From NCBI RefSeq assembly GCF_018977255.1, contig NW_024704747.1, positions 19,530,001 through 19,594,000 on the forward strand: a DNA stretch of 64,000 nt, in the 5' to 3' direction. The DNA is from Callorhinchus milii (lineage: Eukaryota). Numbering within the stretch: the stretch's first letter is position 1; every line of letters begins with the position of its first letter. Below, piece by piece: positions 11,314 through 21,851 of this stretch. The notes under the pieces were generated by a model. It was not told the origin of the DNA, ran no database searches, and worked only from the letters and a program-made list of their open reading frames with translations. Made by a program: the position numbers and the translations under genes.

Positions 11314-13906
11314 AAGGGATATGGGGAAAAGGCACGGAAATGGGATTGGAAGATGTGCCAAGATAAAATAAGATGATGGAACAGACTCGATGGGTTGAAT
11401 GCTCTCCCATTGCTATTCATGAATAAAAAGGCTCTGCTGTTTATTCAGGTTGTCCCTTCCACAAGCCATGTACATTGAATTCTACCCATTAATATCTTGT
11501 TAATACAACCTGTTCTCCAAAAGTAATCCTGCAAAAAGCTTGCGTATGTATCCTGACATTTCCATCAGTCAACATTCCCTAATTTCACCCATCTCTCTGG
11601 CCACTGCAGCACATAAACTAATATTCACACTCATCTCATGGTTGTTTGTGTAACTTTCATGATGCAAATAGCTGCTGTAACTGACAGTCATTACTTGTGA
11701 TCAGCTTTGGGATATTTTACAGGAATCTTTGCATTTGAAAAAGTGTCTCACATGTCACTGAAATACATCAAAGTGCTTCACATGATGTGAGATATCGCTA
11801 TCAATGCACACGTTCTTAAGAAATGCAGCAAACGTTTCTTCAGCCATTACAAGAAATGTTATAACTGGAAATTCCCCCTGAGTGTTATGTTGCAAATTCG
11901 TTTTTAAATTGTGTCAGGTAATTCAATGATGTTGACAAAGTTCATAGAGGGTTAAACTCTAGCAGTCCCCCAGCACACACTCTGAGGTCCCTTAATCTAG
12001 GTATTTGCCAATTTCCACCTAAAATCAACAACAGCAACAACAACAATTACATTTGTATAGCGTCTTTCACGTCTACCAGAAAAATTATTTGCACTAGTTG
12101 TATTTTATAAAGCAAATCATTCCCGAACTCATAACATCGCTGCCGCATTTACTGGCCGAATTGAAATACACATGCGCAGTATTCCATTTGAAACAAGCAC
12201 GTGAAACAAAGTCTTGATCCGTTTATCGGTTGCATTGAAGTACGCCAACACAATGTAGTTTATTGATTATTTTACACAATTTGTGCAAGTTTGCCTGTAA
12301 CTCATACTTCACATAAGTCATATTAAATCTTCCGGTCCTGACTGATATGACTTATGTGAGTTTTACTGTAATCAAGTCTCTCATATAACAGCCAGCAAGA
12401 TGAAGTTGCAGGGACTGAGGTAAGATCATGTGTCAGGGGAACCAGCAGTTCGCTAAAGCGCTCTGGAACACTCCCCTGTGTGAGGGGCACTATATAAATG
12501 CAAGTTGTTCTTGTTGCTGAACTTGAAAGTCCCAAATCCTTGTAACAGCTGAGATTGGGGGAAAAATGTTATAACTTAAAAGCTGTTATTTCAATGTAAC
12601 CAGTAAAAATATTAATGCCTCGCTTTTCCATTTTAAAAGTTAATGATGTAGTTCAGTGAACATCCAGTGAATTCATGTTTCACATAAAGCCTCCAGTTGA
12701 CTGGCAACCTTCATGTTACCTCGGTTGGGTCCTTTGTGCAAGTCAACTGGCCCTAAGCCTTTAAGCTGTTGGTACTTTTTGATGATGCTTGCAGCTCATA
12801 TATAATGTAGAGAGACAATTCTAACTGAATCTAAACAGATGACTTGCCTACTATGGATTACTGTGATCTCCAGGGACAATGTGCTTGTGAGATATCTACC
12901 TTATGAAAAGCTTTCACTGAGCCAACAGAATATCAGTCATCCCTATTTTTTGCAATGTGCCACCATTGAGTTTTTCCACACTGGTATACCACAGGTTACA
13001 CCGCAGAGAGAAGCTCCCATTATCCTGATCCAAAAATGTATCAGAACCGCCAAAATAATGCTTCGCATTGTTACATATAGTGCTATACTGGAGTAAGGCA
13101 ATGTTACTCCAGTGGTAGAGACTCATCAATTGTGAAATTAAATATAGTAAAAATCGCCTGTATAATAATAATATAATAATAATAAGAAGAAGAAGAATCC
13201 TTGCATTTGACATAGCACCTTATCACATAATTAAGATATTTCAAAGTGCTTCAAAGAATATGTTGTAAAGTGGATTAACTGTGTATTTTATGGGCAAAAC
13301 ATGTTAGGTTTGCTCTGAATTGTACTATCACATTATCTCCTCTATGTATTCAATTCACCTACAAAATGCACAGTCACTACACTGTATAGTAACTCCAGTG
13401 TGGCACTTTGAGACTTCCTATCAATGTGAATAATCATAAGAATATAATCCTTGCATTTTTAATTTGTGCATTTGATACAGTGCCTTATCACATCAGAAGG
13501 TCATCTCAAAGGAATTCCTGTGAAATGCAGTGATTATGTAGGCAAATGTGGCAGCACAATTGTGCACATGAGTGTCCCATAAGCAGCCATGAAATTGTTG
13601 GCAAGACACCAGGAGAAAATACTTTTCGAATAGTGCCATGGGATCGTTAAGTTTTATGTCTTATCTGAAGGACGGCATCTCCAACCGTGCAATACCCCTT
13701 ACCACTGAGTCAAGCTAACACATAATAATAATTCCTGCATTTTATATAGCGTCTTTAAAGTTGAAAACATGTCTCAAAGCAATTCATAGGATTCACTGTA
13801 AAGTGTTCTTCCTCTATTTTTGCAAAATGTTATATCAAATACAATTATTTTATTTATCTTGCTTCAATCAGGAATGTGCAAATATTATACTATTTAGTGG
13901 ACTTAC

Positions 13907-14256
13907 AGAGTTGTATCCGTGGCACAATCTGATGTTGTCATTGTAGCCCATCCAGCGCTGACAGTCAGGATACTCTCTCATGTTCAGAATGTACTGATAT
14001 CCCATATAATTGGGTCTCTTGTACAAAATCCCGTAGTCGCTGCGAATGTGGATGGAGTTACAGTGGCTGAAGTAAGACTGCAGGTCTTCACAGTCAGTGA
14101 TGCACTCATAGTGCCAACCCTGGAAGTTCCTGTACTGGTAAAAGATGATCTCAGTGGCACAAGTTTAATAAATTAACAAAATACTAAATTATTTTCGATA
14201 GTATTGGTGAAGCTCTAAATATTTGATGTGATAGAAACCCTATTGCCTAAGATCAT
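13907..14256 (-). pseudogene. gamma-crystallin pseudogene (gene 4): full-length exon 2, degenerate exon 1, no exon 3 found
   Basis: 14149-13907 is 243 nt with ag/gtaagt borders and translates [81 protein letters not shown], with conserved W>G, G>R and S>L changes. ATG at 14256 lacks the MGK|gt structure. TATA at ~14308-14314. Confidence 0.8.
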
Positions 14257-15489
14257 GTCCTCTTGTCTGAGAGAATGAAGAATCTGAGATTGACAGAACC
14301 TGTGGCTTTTTATACACATTGTACAACCTTTATTAGTTAAACGAGTGCACAAAATAGACCAAGCAAGCGTTGCAAGTGTAACAGATATGCATTCAAAAAG
14401 TCACTTTGTCCTTTCCTCTCCTTTGTATCTTTCACAATCATATGTACAAACGTACACAGTTCAAATTATTTATTACAATACAACTTCTGGATTCCTCAAC
14501 TACATCCTCAGACACAGCGATCAGCAATGTGGCAGACCTCTGGTAAAGGTGGAAATTTGTCACATGAGCGTGAAATTCGAAATTCCATCAATTATACAAC
14601 CTGTATCGTTTTTGACCCCATTGTACAAACTTTATTAGTTATTATTCGTATAATCTTTATCAGTTAAACAAGTAAACTAAATAGTTCCCAAAAAACATTT
14701 CATGTGTTGCAGGAATAACAAGTAGCTATTCGAAAAGTGCCATTGTCCTTTTTACTTCCACTGTACCTTTTACAACAATAATAATTAAAGTAATAAAAAT
14801 AACCATTACATTATATGTAGTGCCTTTCACCTCAGGAGGATGCCTCAAAGCCCTTCACAAAAAATACTGTGAAGTTCAGTGACTGTGAGCGAATGTAGTA
14901 ACCAATATATTTGTTATGCCACATACAGCTCTGGACAGCTAATAATAATGAAGGTATAAGTAGTCCCATTTCGTCTTAGCCTGTAAAACATATCTTGCTT
15001 TGAAATTTAAAAATTGCGCAGAATTTTTTAAATTCAGTCTTAATTTCGAAGCCAGTTTCCTTTTTTTTCTCGAAAAAACAGTATCCAAAATGAAAACGCA
15101 GTCGAAGAATTTTCCGCAAGTCTTAAATTTCTAGACCAAACGGTCTCAGAAAGCTAAGCAGGTTAAACTGGCCTGTCCATCACAATCTGTTTTGGATCGT
15201 AGTGAGATTTTGAATGACATCCCTCACACCTCGCTTTAGAATTCACCGACAACAACAACAACAACAACAAATTATACTTGTATAGCGCCCTTCACATCAG
15301 AAAGGGCTCTGGTAACAACAATTCATGCTGCACCTTTTGTTGCTTCTGCTGAAAGAGTCTGGAATTCTGGTTGTTGTAAAGCCACAATAAAATGGAGTTC
15401 CATTGTCCATACTGAGAAATTCAAAAGTAAGTTGTGAGGGAATTCAGCAACTTGCCAGCAATGTGCGAGTCGCAAGTTTGGAGAGTTTT

Positions 15490-15522
15490 TGTGTGTGCAT
15501 GTGTGTGTGTGTGTGTGTGTGT
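15490..15522. repeat. (GT)n microsatellite
   Basis: tgtgtgtgcatgtgtgtgtgtgtgtgtgtgtgt. Confidence 0.9.
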
Positions 15523-15731
15523 GGACTCATTTCAACAACAAATGTTTCTGTGACAAAATAACCTCTACTGCATGTGTATGATAAGTAGCCTGCAAATGCT
15601 GGCACGAGCATCAGTACTAGCTGCCAAGAGAAGCCTCCATGGTTGTGGAAGCATATGGCATCACCGCCCAGAATTGGTTGGCTACAACAAACTTTGGGAT
15701 GTAACCCAGTCAGAGAAGAATAATATCTGAA

Positions 15732-15932
15732 TTAACAACAGCAACAACAACAAAATTACATTTGTGAAGCGCCTTTTACGTCGGGAGGACGTCCCAAGGC
15801 CTTGGACAGATAGAGTGAGACAATGGCGGAGCCGGGCTATGTTGAGGAGGTGGGGGAAGGCAGAGCGGGTCATGGCACAGATGTGGGGTAGAAAGGATAG
15901 TCGAGGGTCAAACATGGCCCCAAGGTTCCAGA
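15732..15932 (-). mobile_element. L2 LINE fragments (3' tail joined to an internal ORF2 piece)
   Basis: (caa)n tail and gtcgggaggacgtcccaagg, plus ORF FDPRLSFLPHICAMTRSAFPHLLNIARLRHCL. Confidence 0.75.
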
Positions 15933-16369
15933 CTGGCTTAAAAGTTAATACACAGAACTTTCAAGAAGTCTGATCTCCATTCCTGGAAATGTGTGTCAGC
16001 CTGGCTCATTGGTACCTCTGAGATAGACGGTTGTGGGTTCAATCCCAACATCGGGACTTTGAACTCTTATAGCCTCGGCTGACACGACAAAGTAGTGCTG
16101 CTGCATTATATTGTTGGGAGAGGAAAATCATTCTATGTCCTAGTGATTATCATTTCTATTGTCATTGGCAGAGTCTTGGAAGCAGATCATCTTCACGAAA
16201 CACTAAGCTTCCTAAAGATGCCTCATGCAAAGATTCTGAAGGAATGCTATTTTGTTTTTAAACATTAGGTAATCTGCCCTACTGCTCAACTTACTCAGTA
16301 TTTCACAGCACAGCAGCATTTCAATTCAGTCTGAATTTTGAAGCTGGTTTTCTGAAAGTCCTTCAAAGA

Positions 16370-16560
16370 TCTTTTTCTCTACACAAAGGGTAATCAGTGA
16401 ATGGAACAGGTTGCCAGAAAAGGTGGTAGAGGCCAGGACAATGGACTCATTTAAAAAGTATATTGCTGGGGGGACAGGAGAGTGGGTGTTCTGAAGGGAT
16501 GAGATCAGAGAGGCTGAAGGGCTATCTTGTAATGCGATCTTGTGATCTTGTGATCTCGTA
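16370..16560 (+). mobile_element. CR1 LINE 3' fragment
   Basis: tacacaaagggtaatcagtgaatggaacaggttgccag, CR1 FTQRV..WN.LP-type segment, with (atcttgtg)n tail. Confidence 0.65.
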
Positions 16561-16797
16561 GAACTGAATTTAAGAATTTACTAAATTCTCTATGCCTTGA
16601 AATGCTAAGACAGTAGTGTAGGTCTGACCCAGGTGGAAATTCTTCCCCTAGAGCTTCCCATCTAAAGATTTGGTTTTCCTGTCAATACATGAATTAACTG
16701 TAAAAAGAACGTTGAAATGAACTCTGTCAAGCTAATGATTTAAAAAGTATTTTATTAGCATATTGTTCAGGTCTGAGAGCTTTAGGCTTCTGACACT

Positions 16798-17906
16798 TTA
16801 GCGATCCATCACACGGCGGAAGGAACCGATAGATGGGCACATTGCACCCCAGTCGTTGAATCGCCTGTACTCTCCGGGTCTCATGAAGTACTGGCGGCCT
16901 CTGTAGTTGGGCTGCTCATACATGGTCCAGTAGCCGTCCATCACGTTGCAGGAGTGGATGTCACGGTAGCGGAAACGGTCATAGACGGATGGGCAGTCAT
17001 CCATGAATTCCATCATTTGTCCTCCAAAGTCAGGTCTCTCGTACACCCTCATTCTGTAGGAATCACCATGGGACTGTAAAATGGAAATATCAAATGTGAT
17101 GCTGAATTATTAATTTGCTACAAAACGCAGTCACTATACTTTGCAGTAAATACTGTGACGAGCTAGACCGACTGCAAGGATTATCATATGATTAAAAAAA
17201 AGCTAAAAACAGTTGATTCCTTGGAGTACTGGAAGGTGGTCAGAGTTTCAGTCTACAAATATCTTCTTGGACATCAAAATATTCCTGTTTGAGAGTAGAA
17301 TTGCAGATCTGTCCTTCATAGAAGGCATTTCGGACAAGTGTGCAGAAACAAAACATTTCTTAGCTCCGATTGCTGGTAAAATTGTTTGGATCTAAACCTA
17401 AATAATAATAGTTTAAATACTCAGCAATATGGCTAGTTTTATTCTGAGGATTTCCGATTGACTGGGAACCCAACCTGGAAACTTACATATGAGTAGGTAC
17501 GGCATGATCTGATGTTGTCATTGAAGCCCATCCAGCGCTGGTAGTCAGGATACTCTCCTCTGGTCAGAACATACTGGTATCCCATGTAATTGGGTTTCTC
17601 ATACAGAACCCAGTAGTCACTGTCGACGCGGATGGAGTTACAGCGGCCAAAGTAAGGTTGAAGGTCTTCACAGTCAGCGCTGCACTCATAGCGCTGTCCC
17701 TGGAAGTTCCTGTCCTCGTAAAAGATGATCTGAAAATGAATGATACCATGATTTATCAAGTCTGAATTGTGTTGGTAATAAGACATTATTAAAATAAAGT
17801 AACCTGCGGAAAAAGTGTTTATAAAACTAGTAAAACAAGTATAATCTTCAGAATGCTGCCATTGAGACTGAGTGTGCTTCCAATAATTCAAACCTACCTT
17901 TCCCAT
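16798..17906 (-). CDS. gamma-crystallin gene 5 (complete, 175 aa)
   Basis: Exons 17906-17898 (ATGGGAAAG|gtagg), 17729-17487 and 17073-16798 ([16 protein letters not shown]...GSFRRVMDR*). TATAAAAA at ~17956-17963; AATAAA at 16756-16751. Confidence 0.95.
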
Positions 17907-18747
17907 TTTCAAGCAGTGTGCGAAGAAACTCAAGTGAGCTAATGAAGTTGTGGTATTTTTATACACGTGTTGGAAACTGCAATGCAAGGAAAATCATTAT
18001 TGGTGAAACAATTGCATGAAATAGCTTCCAGCATGCACTTCACTTTTTGCAGAGTAAAGTGTTTGTGAAAGTCCTATTGTTCCTTTTACTTTCCTTTGTA
18101 CTCTTACATCAACCACAAAGAGATTTCTGGAATCCTCCACACTGAGCAACTGCCAACTCAGCCAAAGCTCTGAGGGGTGACAGAGAGAGTGAATTCTATG
18201 TCAGATTAGTGGGGGATTCTTACTCTCACAATGTATTGTAATTCAAAGTTTCCATTATGATGCTCTTTCATTTGCTCCTGCCAATAACTTACAAGATATT
18301 GTGGACATTGATGTGCACACGTTAGCTGCTGTGTTCACCTACAAATGACACATTCACTGCACTTTACAATAAATCCTGTTTTGAGATGCCCTCCCAACTT
18401 GAAAGGTGCTCAATCAGACGCCAGTACTATCACTATTATTAGTATTAACAATGATAGCAATATGCCCCACTCATAAACCTTCTTTGTAGTAATTGTAAAG
18501 TGCTTGACAATGCTGGATGGGCACCAGAGCTGGGGATGTGAACTGGGATTGGAGTGGGGGGGGGAGGTGGGGTTAAAGGAAAAAATTGTCTCAATGCGAG
18601 GTATGTTTTATGACGAGCCTTAAATTATACATTTATATTGTTATATTTGTTATAGCTTGATTTCAGCTCACTGACAAACTAAAAGGAGGCTTCTGATATG
18701 AATTCCATACGACATGTAAATATGTGTCACGGGGCATGAAGGGTCCA

Positions 18748-18948
18748 ATAATAATAATAATCCTTGCAGTTGATATAGCGCTTTTCACGTCAGGAGGACG
18801 TCCCAAAGCGCTTCACAGAACACACTGTAAAGTGAATTGACTGTATATTTGTAGGCGAACGGGGCAGCCAATTGCGCACAGCAATGTCCCACAAACAGTC
18901 GTAGATTGAAAATGACCAATTTATTATTGTTTTTTGGAGGGATTATTA
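18748..18948 (-). mobile_element. tRNA-SINE 3' half
   Basis: Reverse-complemented tail and Deu-type core. Confidence 0.8.
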
Positions 18949-19342
18949 TGCAATGTATGCAGTAAGCAGTCCTTTTGTGCCAAAATACTTGAAACAAGAA
19001 CAAACAGCACCAAGAATGGATGACAATTTGAACATTGTTACTCACATTGGTTTTAAAGAATGGTTGAAATTGAATACTGCTTGTCATTACACACCAAAGA
19101 CTTTTCACTACATTGCAGGTTCCAGTGAGCATATGAAAAGGACAAGTTCTGTCACATCTGACCTTATTTCCTCCAAAACACCATCAGAATGGGAAAGGCA
19201 GGTTCTTTTATTTCCCAAGCGCTTCTGCCATAGATCTGATAATTCATGAACCATCCTACGAAGCACATCTTTACTGCCATGCTTTTAGTTAACAAACTCC
19301 CTTCCTTCCCCATGGTCATTGCTACTTATCATTGCTAACAGT

Positions 19343-19924
19343 GGAGTCCTGTAGCTTAGTGGTTAGAACACTCGCCTTTCAATAATAATAATAAAAATAA
19401 TAATAATCCTTGCATTTGATATAGCGCTTTTCACGTCTTTTAGACATCTCAAAATGCTTCACAGAATATACCGTAGAGTGAATTGACTGTATATTTGTGG
19501 GAGAAATGCGGCAGTCAATTGCGCACAACAGTGTCCTACAAACAGTCGTGGATTGAAAATGATCAATTTATTATTGTTTCGTTTTTTAGGAGGGATTATT
19601 ATTGGGTGTGTGGAGTAAGGAAACTTGCCCAAGGTTTCTCCCTGCCTGGAATTGAACCCAGGTGTCTCGCTTGCAAGGCGAGCGCACTAACCACTGAGCT
19701 ACAGGACCTGGGTTTGATTCCCGGTAGGGCAAAATGTTGGGCAAGTTTCCTTGCTCCACATGCCTTTGTTTACCGAGCAATAAGTAGGAACCCGATTGTT
19801 ATCGGCGGATCGCTTTTCCGGGGGTAATAATCCCTTCAAAACAAAAATACATTTAAAAAAAATAATAATTTGGTCACTCAATCCACGACTGTTTGGGAAA
19901 CTATTGTGCGCAATTGGATGCTGC
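19343..19924. mobile_element. nested SINEs: + strand long SINE (19343-19378 and ~19705-19924) interrupted by a - strand short SINE (~19381-19707)
   Basis: The tRNA head ggagtcctgtagcttagtggttagaacactcgc breaks off, a near-complete inverted SINE follows, then the head resumes at ctgggtttgattcccgg. Confidence 0.8.
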
Positions 19925-20088
19925 ATCCACTCCTGTAACGTGATGGACGGCTACTGGACCATGTATGAGCAGCCCAACTACAGAGGCCGCCAGTACTTCA
20001 TGAGACCCAGAGAGTAGAGACGATTCAACGACTGGGGCACTTCCAGCTCAACTGTTGGATCTTTCAGACATATGAGAGATTTCTGCTA
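19925..20088 (+). pseudogene. inverted partial gamma-crystallin exon 3 with a premature stop
   Basis: + strand [53 protein letters not shown]. It is followed by sequence homologous to the 3' flanks of genes 10 and 11 out to ~20340. Confidence 0.9.
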
Positions 20089-21851
20089 AATTGGTCTTGA
20101 AGAATTTTATTTGCCTTCATGAAATAACACTAAACATGAATAAAGCTATTGGCTATTCCTTTCATTGTTTCAATTTCATTGTAAAATATTGGATCTTTCA
20201 GACGTATGAGGAATTTCTAAACCCATGTTGAAAATCAAATCAAGCTGATATATTTTGAACCTCATAAAACTCCTTCAATTGACTATTATATCATGCGATT
20301 CATTGATTTATTGGAATATTATATGTCTAGCACAACATAACATCACAATGTTAAAACTGTTGCATTGTAGAGAATAATCAAATGATCAGGAATAAATGGA
20401 CTTGCCCCTTAACCCTTGTTTAAACATTCTTTTTAAAGTTTAGAAGTGTTGGGTGTGAATAATATGAGTTTATATGCTCTGCAAAAAAAACATGAAAAAG
20501 CTTCTAAATTTGATTGGATCGTTTTATATGTTAATGTGTCCGAAAAATTCCAAAGTCCATTTTAGGTGCAAAAAAATGAAAATCAGCAAAAAAAACATAA
20601 TAACTGCTTAGTACTAAATAACCGTTAATTTACTCAGTGCTTTTCATACACTTTGAGCAGCTTTACCCCAGTGTTTATTTACAGCCTTTATGTTGCCACA
20701 AGTGTGGACACAGGTTATAGTAGAAAAGCCAAACGTGTTGGCTTGGAAGGCAATTACACTTGTGAACAGGTTCTATTAACTGAAAAGTTCAATTTGCATG
20801 TCATATCCATAAATTCACATATCTAAAAGCGTAGACAAAAAAAATTGCCAGACTCAATTGTGTTATGTTGTTGTGTTGTTGTTGTCAATTATAAATTCTT
20901 GATGTGTTTCTGTGCTGAGATTTTGGAGGAAAAGCTGCCATCCCACATGAACATTGAAGGCTCTGACAACTGTATGCTTGGAGGAGTTCTTCTGCTGCAG
21001 TTAGTATTGATAGCAAAACAGTGAGCATTTCAACTTTCATCTGGACAATGGAATGGAAGATGACTGAAATGCCAGCTATATTCAGAAAAAGATCTTCTCC
21101 ACCCATTGCCTGAAAATATGAATCTTAAGCCAATGTTCAATGTGAAAGCTTAGAGTCTTTTGTTTACTTCTCATTTACTTTCTACATCTGACAGGTAGAT
21201 TAGTGCACACAAAATGCAACACCATGCTAAAGATCATCCAACCCGGATAAAGGCTTTCACATATGTATGTCACCTACCCATATAAGTTTCCTGTGTCTGA
21301 AATGGAATGGCACTCTCTCATCGAGGGACACATCCTGTTTACCTAATTCTATAATCACATGTCGGTGGACGAGAGCTAAGGCTTGGGGACCCCATACTGT
21401 GTTTTGGGGTTACTACTGGAATTCAAGTTAAGAGCACTATCTGGCAAGCTTCCCGCTGCTTGTCCAGCTAGGACCATCCTACCCATTAGGCGTTGGCATG
21501 CAAGATTAACAGGAGCTGAATGGAAAGTATTCTACCACAGTGTTCAGAAAGATGTGATGTGTCTAAGTGTGTTATTTGATAAACGTTAAGGAGAAGATTG
21601 CTCTTCAAAGTTCTTCTTTCTATCAATTAACCAGACAGAGTAATAATTCAATGAATTTAATGATTAATTTATTGAAACATTGTTCTCAGATTTACGTGGT
21701 TGTTCTTCAGTTACAGAAATGAAGATCTATAAATACTGTTGACAGAGCGGAAAAATGTCACGACTTAAAATTCAAACAAAAACTACATTGATTTGGTTTA
21801 AAATCCATCGATAGAATTGCTCGGGTGAATTAAACTTTTAAACAAAAAGGT

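Noticed and set aside
13919-14176. Plus-strand ORFs antisense to crystallin exons (also 9602, 27690, 45242, 57423)
   Set aside because: Shadow ORFs of the coding strand with no independent support.
17564-17749. Recurrent alternative-frame ORF '[13 protein letters not shown]...WDTSTF' (also 23843, 28698, 37113, 51263, 57452)
   Set aside because: Shifted reading frame of crystallin exon 2; it recurs only because the exon is duplicated.
19925-20150. Processed retro-pseudogene interpretation of the inverted fragment
   Set aside because: No poly(A) tract, and homology extends into genomic flank beyond the poly(A) signals.
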